A stretch of DNA of 43,256 nt from a virus (IMGVR_UViG_3300027419_000010:1-43256), one strand, 5' to 3'; positions 10,801-18,412 are shown, counted from the first letter of the stretch. Translations and numbers: made by a program. The notes: a model not told the origin generated them from the sequence alone.

Positions 10801-11961
10801 GCTACGGTAGATTTTGCAAAGTCCGGTAATAAGATGAGAGTATTCAATCAATGGGTTCCATTCTTAAACGCTAGGTTACAAGGCAACGTAAACATGCTCA
10901 GCTCCTTAAAAAGGAATCCAGTATCTTCCGCTATAAAATTGGGAGCGATAGTTGGCGCTCCGGAGATTTTGACTTATATAAACAATAGTCAAAAATACCC
11001 TGAACTTTGGAACGATATATCAGAGACGGACAAAAAGAATAATTTCATCATTATATATGGAGATAAAGTAGACGAAAAGGGAAATCTGCTTGAGGCGGTA
11101 AAAATCCCCAAAGGAGATGCTAAGGTGTTCGCGAATCCTTTAGAGAGCTTTTTAGAATATCTCAATGGCAATGATCCTAAAGGAATAAAACAACTGGCTA
11201 TAGAAATGGGGAGCGATATGTCTCCTATAAGCTTTGAGAAAGGTGGTGAGTTTTCTGGCGGACAAGTAATGAGCAGTATCTTACCGCCAGCGATCAAAGG
11301 GGCAGCGGAGAGCGTTACCAATACTAATTTCTACACCGGATACGATATAGTTCCTCAGAGTATGGTAAAGGCTTCACCTCGTGAGCAATATGACGATAAG
11401 ACTTCTACGCTGGCTAAAGAGTTGGGGGACTTATTAAACTGGAGTCCAAAGAAGATAGACAACTTTATCTCCACTCAGTTTGGAGGGGTGGGAACACAGA
11501 TAACAAAACCTTCGATGGCAGAATCGCAAATATCAAAAAGATTCTTTGGAGCATACGGAGGAAAGCAAGCACAAGAGATGTCAAAGGAAGCTGAAAAGGC
11601 AGTGCAAGAGCAGGCGGATAAAAAGCTTAAGTTAAAAAGAGAGGCGCAGGAAGCTCTGAACAATTTAAGCGCTAGTGACAATGCAGCGGAAGAATTTGAC
11701 CAGATCATACAGAACAACCCTGAGTTGGCTAAGACTGTTGTAGACTTAAAAGAAAAACAAGATTTGGGATTTACCGGAAAAGATTATGTGATACAGGAGC
11801 TTGGAGTAGAAAATGGGGAAAGGGCTAAATTTTTGGTAGGACAATTCAATAAACTGAAAACAGATGAAGAAAAAGCCGCCCTTTGGGACGACCTAGTGAA
11901 CAAAAAACTTATCAGTAAGGATGTGGCAGATCAGATGGGAGAACTGCTCAATTCCCAGTGA
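7801..11961 (+). CDS. Large ejection/polyvalent protein with C-terminal LPD38-like domain
   Basis: 1386 aa; ARNATVDFAKSG...VPFLNARLQG and TNTNFYTGYDIVP...WSPKKIDNFI motifs characteristic of LPD38-containing phage proteins. Confidence 0.7.
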   Translation: MADFTTTRLQAIKRLQSGESWGNVWNSVKKQFPSLSNKFIDEQLGGSGEKGTGWAAAGAYEKYKAQPKSNLITALRSSAETTKNAITAPKQSNLISSLRTPAKSATVPITNYLNTPAKPSMPVNTQAKTSLVTPTQNNPKKSNLIESLRKSADVIPKIGEAAGKTIWGLEKAIITSPVKSAAQIGLYGEKKLEGTKTASYEPTSKLGKFFLGDKVSDVETEGQDFLKSVGVSENKSNKYGLALGGALAISDFIPGGGGKKSVIKYLAKEDDAVKIAKILTKAGMKADEVMPYAQKIAKTSDVKTIENTLSEIDNLAKTSQKTTAQNALRGVEIKKPNIVSSKLSPIKEKLSSTNKELKTELFDRYAPIQDMVKKAKLSAEADPYVAARNYAGHLGKVENRLDDLSAVLKPNKAILKDVKQYALLDRYDELAKRGVTKFPDNLTPEKIIANKAEMEKALGSEGMAKINNALKGIRGYNDNLLKEAKDAGIISDESYKAIKTNNEKYIPLQRLEYLEEQADNIPRGSNAFSVATQGIIKGIKGSEKAVADPIESMVRNTYKTINLIERNKVAQKVGDLSKLPEFKDIVIPLREAEKVQKRIDIFTELGKTRIDKNKLERLIVTRNRWSRRLQSEVNKLNKLGVNEYLKRPDEKTLPTLKSTVKIIIKPEEIKELAPKSFDELKNSYGAKDILKKEYATFDRLKQEVKAGGWSRLIEVGIDKNTAESVAKQIFKSPVYKPKQVIAEQAGYAIQNTSDVKNFINNLIQEEPEKLNIIKNKLATRDRRLASTIEDLQGLQKSYGDLKLKRGELRGEAKELADIPVPFGMEKISVFRNGIKEEYAVPKDVGAALKNLNQESTDIVTKWARLSSGALRAGATSLNIGFIPANAARDFQTATLVSRVGFTPQDWMKGFSEAIKRGDDYKKFLESGGASGFFEANKNLPKTVKGLTEAKGLKIIKTVTNPVKLLNLVGETIELAPRLGVYKRSVKKGLSQTEAAFNARNATVDFAKSGNKMRVFNQWVPFLNARLQGNVNMLSSLKRNPVSSAIKLGAIVGAPEILTYINNSQKYPELWNDISETDKKNNFIIIYGDKVDEKGNLLEAVKIPKGDAKVFANPLESFLEYLNGNDPKGIKQLAIEMGSDMSPISFEKGGEFSGGQVMSSILPPAIKGAAESVTNTNFYTGYDIVPQSMVKASPREQYDDKTSTLAKELGDLLNWSPKKIDNFISTQFGGVGTQITKPSMAESQISKRFFGAYGGKQAQEMSKEAEKAVQEQADKKLKLKREAQEALNNLSASDNAAEEFDQIIQNNPELAKTVVDLKEKQDLGFTGKDYVIQELGVENGERAKFLVGQFNKLKTDEEKAALWDDLVNKKLISKDVADQMGELLNSQ

Positions 11962-12154
11962 CAGAAAGAATAATGCCTACTATAACAGATATAATTCCCA
12001 TAACTCCGACAACCGCGACAAGGGTAGATATTGAAAATGAGCTACATGCTACAGCAAGTACGAATGACAGGACAAAGAATCCTATGCCGCAAAGAATCGC
12101 CTCATAAGATGTAACTGTATATTTCTTAATAATACTTTTTATAGATATCTTCAT
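11948..12154 (-). CDS. Small membrane protein (2 TM), moron gene 3
   Basis: 68 aa with two hydrophobic stretches, 3 nt after the upstream minus-strand gene. Confidence 0.7.
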   Translation of the reverse strand: MKISIKSIIKKYTVTSYEAILCGIGFFVLSFVLAVACSSFSISTLVAVVGVMGIISVIVGIILSVTGN

Positions 12155-12157
12155 AAT

Positions 12158-12994
12158 CTAATAATTAATCCCATATGAATTAAGAAATTGCTTGACCCAA
12201 TCATCTATCCTGGTGCCTCGATCCATATAGGCGGTTATCTCGCTTGAAGCGTCTGAAAACAAAGTCTTATCTTCTTCAAGCACCGCGCGCGCCGAATCCG
12301 CTTCTCTCTTGCTGCTTGCATACCACTCTGCCGTTCCTCCGTGATTTTCAACTTCTATCTTTTCTTCCAATAATCTGAACAGCCTGTAATCTATAAACGC
12401 GATCTTCTCGTCTATCTCTGCTACCTTAGTGTTTATCTGGGAAATGAGATTATTTCCAAAAGCCTTCCTGGTGTCCTCTGCGCTTGACGGAGTGGGTTGC
12501 GGTTCAGGGGTGGTTTCGATAGGAGTAACCGTTTCTTCCGTAGAGGGTTGAGTGATTGTCGGTTCTTGCTCTGGTTCCTCCGTTTCTGCTATGCTTTCCG
12601 CTAAGGCATAATTATTAAAATCGGTATCATTTATGATGTAAACGGAGTTGAGATCATAGCCAGAAGTATCGGTAATAAGATGCTTGTCTCCCATATCTCC
12701 ATTCGGCACCAACTGATAAATATCATTTGCGCCATCGACCTTCACTAAGTCAGAAGTTGAAAAAGAATCGATGTAATCCTGAGAGATGACAATGACATTC
12801 TCCCATTTCAAGTGCTGATAACTTTCGAATACTTTAGGATTTAAGACCAACCGCTTATAAACCTTACCGCCAGAATATTTGACGATGTAAATGTCCGGTG
12901 AAACATCAGTCTTTACGATAGCTCCATCGGAAATCTCAGAAGCGTTAACGGGAAACGCAAACAAGATCGCAAGAACCAGCAATAACTTTTTCAT
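12158..12994 (-). CDS. Secreted protein with Parcubacteria-type repeat domain, P/T/E linker and coiled-coil C-terminus
   Basis: Signal peptide MKKLLLVLAILFAFPVNA; DGAIVK...DIYIVK..GGK.YKRLVLNP.VFESY.HLKWEN resembles CPR secreted-protein repeats (from recall). Confidence 0.75.
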   Translation of the reverse strand: MKKLLLVLAILFAFPVNASEISDGAIVKTDVSPDIYIVKYSGGKVYKRLVLNPKVFESYQHLKWENVIVISQDYIDSFSTSDLVKVDGANDIYQLVPNGDMGDKHLITDTSGYDLNSVYIINDTDFNNYALAESIAETEEPEQEPTITQPSTEETVTPIETTPEPQPTPSSAEDTRKAFGNNLISQINTKVAEIDEKIAFIDYRLFRLLEEKIEVENHGGTAEWYASSKREADSARAVLEEDKTLFSDASSEITAYMDRGTRIDDWVKQFLNSYGINY

Positions 12995-13101
12995 GGCCGT
13001 TTAGTTATCCACTTAAAAATATTATAAAAAACTACCAGTAAGAATGTATATCCTACCAGTCCTATCATCCAATCCGGAGTATTATAGGTTCCATGTTTCA
13101 T
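12991..13101 (-). CDS. 36-aa single-TM peptide, moron gene 1 (not in ORF track)
   Basis: MKHGTYNTPDWMIGLVGYTFLLVVFYNIFKWITKRP*; ATGA overlap with the 12994 start. Confidence 0.65.
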   Translation of the reverse strand: MKHGTYNTPDWMIGLVGYTFLLVVFYNIFKWITKRP

Positions 13102-13108
13102 ACCTAAC

Positions 13109-13137
13109 CATATACCACTATTTAAATATAAAGTCAA
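13109..13137 (-). promoter_or_regulatory. Sigma70-type promoter of the moron operon, near-leaderless
   Basis: Minus strand TTGACT-17nt-TATATG preceded by TGG; ATG 7 nt downstream. Confidence 0.45.
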
Positions 13138-13162
13138 TACTTAATCAAAATTAACCAAAACC

Positions 13163-13474
13163 ATGCCACAAACAGAGGGAGAGAGAATCGCGAGGCTTGA
13201 GGAGAAATCCATAGCGCGCGATAGGGAATTAGCAGGGCTTGACGACAAGCTCGAAGAAATCAAACAGCTTTTAAAAGACAGCCAAGAAAAGGCCGATGAG
13301 ACTATCGGAAATCTGGCCGGAAGGGTTTGCCAGGTAGAGACGGTGCAAGAATCTTTCAGGCCGGTAAAGAAGTTTTATGACAATGCCGCTGCCGCCGCTT
13401 TGGGGATTATGATAACCCTCGGACTTACAGTCATAGGTCTGGCGTATTACATCTACGAACACATGAAATCGTAG
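13163..13474 (+). CDS. Holin-like / XhlA-like protein
   Basis: ERIARLEEK coiled coil followed by one C-terminal TM helix. Confidence 0.5.
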   Translation: MPQTEGERIARLEEKSIARDRELAGLDDKLEEIKQLLKDSQEKADETIGNLAGRVCQVETVQESFRPVKKFYDNAAAAALGIMITLGLTVIGLAYYIYEHMKS

Positions 13475-13503
13475 TTGCGGAATATTTAGAATCGTGGTAT
13501 TAT
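13475..13503 (+). promoter_or_regulatory. Sigma70-type promoter with extended -10
   Basis: TTGCGG-17nt-TATTAT with TGG upstream of the -10. Confidence 0.6.
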
Positions 13504-13509
13504 GCCTGT

Positions 13510-13724
13510 AGAACATTAGAAAACCTTACCTCTCGAGCATAATAGCACGATGACTACTACAAGTAGTTTTTCGTGCTTTTTGTTATCCGAGAGGAGGACA
13601 GTAATTAAGCCATCCGACTGCTTCGGCGGGATATATAGTCTCACTTATCGTCCTCCTTCCGGCTCGTAAGATTGGACGGCGGGGGGAATGCGTAGAGAGT
13701 TCCTCCTGCGATCTAATTTTACGA
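13510..13724 (+). ncRNA. Structured leader RNA: three helical domains, boxA-like 5' end, internal terminator-like hairpin
   Basis: CCTCTCG/CGAGAGG, AGCACGA/TCGTGCT plus T-run, AGGAGGAC/GTCCTCCT with a C(UUCG)G loop, and 13-bp plus 11-bp stems with G-U pairs. Confidence 0.7.
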
Positions 13725-13727
13725 CCC

Positions 13728-13883
13728 ATGAACCACGAAATAAAGCACAAGATAATCGTGAGCGTGAGGAAAGAAAAGAGGAAGATTCTTTTACTGCAGA
13801 TTAACGAAATCATAAAAGGATTAAGGAATGACGAGCTAGAGGCTTTACTGGCTAAAATGAAGGAATGGCAAAATCTAACCTAG
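13728..13883 (+). CDS. 51-aa basic hypothetical protein
   Basis: MNHEIKHKIIVSVRKEKRK...WQNLT*; directly after the leader and overlapping the next gene. Confidence 0.55.
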   Translation: MNHEIKHKIIVSVRKEKRKILLLQINEIIKGLRNDELEALLAKMKEWQNLT

Positions 13884-14176
13884 AGCAAGAGTTTGAGTGG
13901 CTTCTAAAAGCTCACAAAATGCCCTGTATGGAACGAGAATATCGTTTTGTACCGGATAGACGCTGGCGGTTCGATTTCGCCTATACGGGGCAGAAAATTG
14001 CCGTAGAAATAGAAGGAGGAATATGGAACGGAGGTAGGCACACCAGGGGGTCCGGATACGAGAAAGATTTGGAAAAATATAACCGAGCTACTATCGAAGG
14101 CTGGAAAGTTTTGCGATATACCGGCCGGACAATGGGGCAGGCAATAGATGACTTAAATAAAATATTAAACAAATGA
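13865..14176 (+). CDS. PD-(D/E)XK endonuclease (DUF559/Vsr-like)
   Basis: EYRF..DRRWRFDFA...IAVEIEGG.W..GRH.RG.GY..D..KYN.A...GW.VLR. Confidence 0.85.
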   Translation: MAKSNLEQEFEWLLKAHKMPCMEREYRFVPDRRWRFDFAYTGQKIAVEIEGGIWNGGRHTRGSGYEKDLEKYNRATIEGWKVLRYTGRTMGQAIDDLNKILNK

Positions 14177-15291
14177 GCCAACTTTGGACCAAGCAGCAAG
14201 AGGCATTCTTGCGGAACAATTACCAAGAGATGACCGATGATGAGATTGCGGATGCTATGGGAAAGACGAAGGATGGAATAAGAAGAAAAATGGAAAGGAT
14301 GAAGCTGGAAAGGAATGAAAAAGAATTCATCCCCAAAGAGATCGAGAAGCGAAAAGGGCAGATGATTATCAAGGAAAAGGACCTGCTCATTAACAAACTG
14401 CTGGACGAACGAGCCAAGAACGGGATTATCCTGGATATCTTGCGGACTACGGTAAGCCAAGCCGACTTTACGCCGCAGAAACTATACCCCAAGAATATCC
14501 GCAAAGGCCACGAAGAAGAAATGATACTGCATCTGACGGACGTGCATATCGGGTGTTATTCCGAAGAAGTGTTGAAAGAGAAGATTGATAAACTTTTTTC
14601 CGCAGTCACGCAGATTACCCAGATACACCGCTCCGCTTACTCGATACGCAAGCTCAACATCTTCATGACCGGGGATATAGTGGACGGAGACGGAATCTTC
14701 CCCGGCCAGAGCTACGAGCAGAAATTCTACCTCATGCAGCAGATTTTCACGTTCGGCGCACCGCACATGGCCAATTTGCTTAACCGCCTGAGCGAGCATT
14801 TCGAGGAAGTGGAAATCCATTGCGTAAGGGGAAATCACGGCCGGAAGGACAAATTTACCGATCCGCAGATAAACTTTGACAACGTATTCTATGAAGTGTT
14901 GAGGATGGCTACCGGGAAGAATGCGAGAATAAAGTGGAATATCACCTGGGATTGGTATAACTACGCCACTATCCAAAAGACGACCTTCATGCTGATCCAC
15001 GGCAACCAGATAAAGACCTGGCTTAATCTTCCTTTTTACGGGCTGAAAGAGAAGGCTATGCGCTGGAAGGGGAGCATGCCGCAGGACTTCCGCTATGTGT
15101 TCATGGGGCATTACCATACCAATCTATACTTCGAGTGGAATAACTTTGAGGCTTACACCGCCGGAACGTGGAAGGACCGGGACGCTTTCGCCGAAGAAGT
15201 GTTGGGGATGAAATCAAGCACCACGCAGAAAATTTACGGCATCCATGACGGGAGATTGACTTTCAATTATCCGATAAATTTGAGCGTATGA
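14173..15291 (+). CDS. Calcineurin-like metallophosphoesterase with N-terminal HTH
   Basis: Motifs DVH, GDIVD, GNHG, HG, GHYH; N-terminal WT..QEAFLR..Y..MTD.EIA..MGK HTH. Confidence 0.85.
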   Translation: MSQLWTKQQEAFLRNNYQEMTDDEIADAMGKTKDGIRRKMERMKLERNEKEFIPKEIEKRKGQMIIKEKDLLINKLLDERAKNGIILDILRTTVSQADFTPQKLYPKNIRKGHEEEMILHLTDVHIGCYSEEVLKEKIDKLFSAVTQITQIHRSAYSIRKLNIFMTGDIVDGDGIFPGQSYEQKFYLMQQIFTFGAPHMANLLNRLSEHFEEVEIHCVRGNHGRKDKFTDPQINFDNVFYEVLRMATGKNARIKWNITWDWYNYATIQKTTFMLIHGNQIKTWLNLPFYGLKEKAMRWKGSMPQDFRYVFMGHYHTNLYFEWNNFEAYTAGTWKDRDAFAEEVLGMKSSTTQKIYGIHDGRLTFNYPINLSV

Positions 15292-15467
15292 AATACGTCC
15301 TAAAAAAATATATAGATGCACAAAACGCCAGAGAGGCGTTGGAGATAGGATCGGGGATAGAAGTTTCTGAAGTACTATTGGTAGATAAAGAAGAAAAGAG
15401 GATGGGCTTTGAAGCAAAGGACGCTATCTGCACCGACGTGACCATAGAAGATGATGAAGAAGTTTAA
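15288..15467 (+). CDS. 59-aa hypothetical protein
   Basis: ATGA overlap with previous stop; MKYVLKKYIDA...EDDEEV*. Confidence 0.6.
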   Translation: MKYVLKKYIDAQNAREALEIGSGIEVSEVLLVDKEEKRMGFEAKDAICTDVTIEDDEEV

Positions 15468-15482
15468 ATATAGGTGACAGAA

Positions 15483-15596
15483 ATGTATCTAAAAGAAACA
15501 CAAACACAAAAAAACGAAAGAAGGGCGGTAAGAGCAGCAGGGCGTAAAGAACAGAAGAAAATAAGCGACTTCACTTATCGTGAGGTAAAGGCATGA
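15483..15596 (+). CDS. 37-aa hypothetical peptide
   Basis: AGGTGA upstream; ATGA-coupled to the next ORF. Confidence 0.4.
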   Translation: MYLKETQTQKNERRAVRAAGRKEQKKISDFTYREVKA

Positions 15597-15724
15597 CACC
15601 GGAATTTGAAGGCTCGCTATTCGTGGGCAAGAAAAACTGGAAATGGACAGTATCAGGAAACGATATAGAAGAAGGAAGATTGAGGCGAAAGAATGGTAAA
15701 CTTCGACCCGAAGTACAGGATTGA
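15593..15724 (+). CDS. 43-aa hypothetical peptide
   Basis: GAGGT upstream; ATGA overlap. Confidence 0.4.
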   Translation: MTPEFEGSLFVGKKNWKWTVSGNDIEEGRLRRKNGKLRPEVQD

Positions 15725-15908
15725 GAGGATATTGGACATAATATTGCCCTCTATCCAGAAATCACCGGCAGACAAGGAAACGAGGCTTAACTGGCTTGAG
15801 AATTATAGGCTGAAAGCTAACGACCTCAACGCACAGACCGGATATATCTACGCCGATCTGGAACAATGTTTCATGGATGCAAGACACACAGTCGAGGCGA
15901 GACTATGA
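15693..15908 (+). CDS. Hypothetical protein
   Basis: 71 aa, GAGG upstream, ATGA-coupled to the next gene. Confidence 0.55.
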   Translation: MVNFDPKYRIERILDIILPSIQKSPADKETRLNWLENYRLKANDLNAQTGYIYADLEQCFMDARHTVEARL

Positions 15909-16117
15909 AGGGAAAGAACCGCCATCATCCCTATCCGAAGAAGTATCGGAAACTGGGAGCAGAAACAAAAAGAGTGGATGTAAGAGAACATCAAGCCTAT
16001 CACCAGTTGGTAGGGGACAAGGACCCTATAAACGCATTATGTTATATCATCCTGAATTTTATGCCGGATGAGATGCGACCGCTTATGGGGGAAGTGAAGA
16101 AATATGGGGAGAGGTGA
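15905..16117 (+). CDS. Small HNH-like protein
   Basis: Start re-called at the ATGA overlap; NRHHPYP...EHQAYHQL resembles minimal HNH motifs. Confidence 0.45.
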   Translation: MKGKNRHHPYPKKYRKLGAETKRVDVREHQAYHQLVGDKDPINALCYIILNFMPDEMRPLMGEVKKYGER

Positions 16118-16150
16118 CTTTCCCCTAGACTACAAATCAAATATTTAAAT

Positions 16151-16351
16151 ATGAAGTATCTATGCGAAGAATGCAGAGAACGTATCAGGAAGACAAAGGG
16201 GGAAGTATATCAATGTTCGGAATGCAGCAAGGTATTATGCGGAAAACACAGCTACTTCCGCGTGGACGAAAATAATATAGCGATAACCCGAAGCTCTCCG
16301 ATTTTATGCAAAGAGCATTATGTAAAAAAATACAATAATTTATGGAACTAA
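16151..16351 (+). CDS. Zinc-finger protein
   Basis: CEEC, CSEC, CGKH and CKEH motifs. Confidence 0.7.
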   Translation: MKYLCEECRERIRKTKGEVYQCSECSKVLCGKHSYFRVDENNIAITRSSPILCKEHYVKKYNNLWN

Positions 16352-16473
16352 ACGAAAAAACCGCCGAAAGATTTGAGCTGGTGCAAAGGACAGAAGGAAC
16401 ACTTGAAGCCATAGCCCAACTGCTTAAATTTATCGCCGAGAAAGACGAGGATTGTGTAATAAATATTAAGTGA
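16342..16473 (+). CDS. 43-aa hypothetical protein
   Basis: MELNEKTAERF...VINIK*, fills the gap between two ORFs. Confidence 0.45.
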   Translation: MELNEKTAERFELVQRTEGTLEAIAQLLKFIAEKDEDCVINIK

Positions 16474-16796
16474 AATATATGGAAAGTTGGAAAATAAAGA
16501 TAGTAGATAATCCCTGTAAGGTTGATAGGGATATTTATATCTTTCGCAGGGCTGATTATGAAAAAACGGAAGTGATTGGATGGGATGAAAAAGGAAGATG
16601 TATTGGAACAATCTTTCCGCCCGGCGAAGTATTCCCTCCGAGTATATCTCTTAGTCCAGAAACTTTACAGAACTTGGCCGATGAACTAAACAACATGGGC
16701 ATAAAACCGCAAAAAGGTTTTTTGGAGGGTAAATTAGAAGCAACGGATAAACACTTAGAAGATATGCGCCGCTTGGTATTTAAAAATAACGAATAA
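16470..16796 (+). CDS. Hypothetical protein
   Basis: 108 aa (GTG, or ATG at 16479); C-terminal LEATDKHLEDMRRLVF. Confidence 0.65.
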   Translation: MKYMESWKIKIVDNPCKVDRDIYIFRRADYEKTEVIGWDEKGRCIGTIFPPGEVFPPSISLSPETLQNLADELNNMGIKPQKGFLEGKLEATDKHLEDMRRLVFKNNE

Positions 16797-16800
16797 ACAT

Positions 16801-17760
16801 ATGGAGGAACTGATGCCATTCAAGACAGGAGTTGTAGATGACCCCGGAGATCCGCGCGATTATAAATATGAAGAACTGGTCGGAGCCGGAGAGCCGTTTG
16901 ACTGGGAAAAGGGCTACGACGTTGAGGAAGAAATGGGGGCAAGCCTAAAGAGAGAAAGCCAGAACGGATCGCTATCATGCGTAGGACAGGGAATAGCCAA
17001 ATATGCCGAAGTGCTTAACTTCTTCGATGAAGGGATTTTGAGGGACTTTTCCGCAAAAGACATCTACTCGAATATCAGACTGCCTCAAGGATGTGCTTTG
17101 ATTTCTGAGGGGGTGAAGTGGCTTGTAAATCACGGCGTAGAGGAAGAAAGCAATATTCCCTCGTATGACAGGGGAAAACCTCCCACAGAGGCGTATATGG
17201 CCGATAAAGTGGCAAGGAATGAAGATCGGGCATTGCGTTTCCGCGCTAAATCCTATCTCACGACTACCCATAACGATATAGACTACCTGGCGATGATGAT
17301 TAGGGATAATCACGGATTGGTTACATCTTACGAGGGGGATAACTACAACTGGTCGGCTAAATTCATGACACCTCCCAAGAAGCCTACTTTTTCCCATTGC
17401 GTATATATCAAGGGGGCGAAGATGATAAACGGCAAGAAATATATCTTAGTCCTTAATTCTGGCGGCACGAAGGTCGGGGAAAACGGAGTGCAATATATGC
17501 CAGAAGAATACTTTGGATATTTGAAGAACATTTGGGTAATAAGAGACTTAATCACTAAAGAAGAAAATATGATTGTGGACGAGGCTAAATTGGAACAAAT
17601 CTACCAAGAATTATTGATAGGTTCTGCTGCCGACGATCCAGGAGCAAAAAACCATCTAGGCAAGCCGGAAGACGAAGTGAGAAAAGCGGTCGGGCAATCG
17701 GACGAAAGGCAACGAATCATAGCTTGCGTAAATGCGGCGAGGAACGTATTAAAAAGATAA
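16801..17760 (+). CDS. Papain-fold (C1-like) cysteine peptidase with DUF4214-like C-terminus; putative lysin
   Basis: Q..S.SC (QNGSLSCVG), His (FSHCV), Asn (VLNSGG); adjacent to a holin-like gene. Confidence 0.75.
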   Translation: MEELMPFKTGVVDDPGDPRDYKYEELVGAGEPFDWEKGYDVEEEMGASLKRESQNGSLSCVGQGIAKYAEVLNFFDEGILRDFSAKDIYSNIRLPQGCALISEGVKWLVNHGVEEESNIPSYDRGKPPTEAYMADKVARNEDRALRFRAKSYLTTTHNDIDYLAMMIRDNHGLVTSYEGDNYNWSAKFMTPPKKPTFSHCVYIKGAKMINGKKYILVLNSGGTKVGENGVQYMPEEYFGYLKNIWVIRDLITKEENMIVDEAKLEQIYQELLIGSAADDPGAKNHLGKPEDEVRKAVGQSDERQRIIACVNAARNVLKR

Positions 17761-17769
17761 TTTATAACT

Positions 17770-18018
17770 ATGGAATTTAGAAAACAAATCGCATTCAGTT
17801 TTGACAGTATTACCAAGAGCAAGATTTTAAAAGGGGCGCTCATTGCCGGGACCGGATCGGGGGCAATCGCTTTCCTTGCCTATCTCGGAGAAGTGGATTG
17901 GAGCGAGAACACTTTTATGGTCGCTTTCATCGGCTGGGTCGTGCCGTTTGCTACTAACGTAATCCGCGAATGGATGAAAGGGGAGACGGTCTATAGCGTT
18001 CCGACATCTAATCAATAA
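17770..18018 (+). CDS. Putative holin
   Basis: 82 aa, two TM segments, ends NVIREWMKGE, follows the peptidase. Confidence 0.6.
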   Translation: MEFRKQIAFSFDSITKSKILKGALIAGTGSGAIAFLAYLGEVDWSENTFMVAFIGWVVPFATNVIREWMKGETVYSVPTSNQ

Positions 18019-18028
18019 CCATATATAA

Positions 18029-18187
18029 ATGGAAGAAACATCAGAAAGAGATAAGCCTTTCGATTCGATGATTGTCATAAGATACAAAAAAGAAGACTGG
18101 AAAAAAGATTATACCTTTAAGGCTAGATTATCTATGAGGATAATAGCATTTATTCTTCCGGGCTTTCTGAAAATAACCATCAAGTAG
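18029..18187 (+). CDS. 52-aa hypothetical protein
   Basis: MEETSERDKPF...IIAFILPGFLKITIK*. Confidence 0.45.
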   Translation: MEETSERDKPFDSMIVIRYKKEDWKKDYTFKARLSMRIIAFILPGFLKITIK

Positions 18188-18240
18188 CGTTCCGAGGGAA
18201 GATATAGTATAATGTAATTGTTACTTAGCTACGCACAGAA

Positions 18241-18268
18241 AGCAACTCGCAAGGGTTGTTTTTTGTTT
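18241..18268 (+). terminator. Intrinsic terminator
   Basis: AGCAACTC-GCAA-GGGTTGTT followed by TTTTGTTT. Confidence 0.85.
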
Positions 18269-18273
18269 GGCTC

Positions 18274-18301
18274 TTGACAAATTATTAAAAGGTGCTAAGA
18301 C
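18274..18301 (+). promoter_or_regulatory. Promoter for a putative small RNA
   Basis: TTGACA-16nt-TAAGAC with TG extension; the -10 is imperfect. Confidence 0.45.
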
Positions 18302-18307
18302 GAAGAT

Positions 18308-18412
18308 AGTTTTACAAATCTTAATTTAATCCCTCAGGATTAGCGTCGAAAGGCGTTTGCTAGAATTAAGGTTCATAGACACGCAATTTCCCCCATTTTA
18401 GGGGATTTTGCG
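18308..18412 (+). ncRNA. Putative small RNA: three-way junction plus 3' hairpin (candidate decoy RNA)
   Basis: 11-bp AATCTTAATTT/GAATTAAGGTT enclosing TAATCC/GGATTA and AGCGTC-GAAA-GGCGTT; then TCCCC/GGGGA plus TTTT; no ORF. Confidence 0.55.

Noticed and set aside
7801-11961. Tape measure protein
   Set aside because: LPD38-like motifs and absence of tail tube, sheath or chaperone genes favour a podovirus ejection protein
13545-13566. Fluoride (crcB) riboswitch suggested by GATGACTACTAC
   Set aside because: The required 5' GGnGATGG..TTC.CC helix is absent
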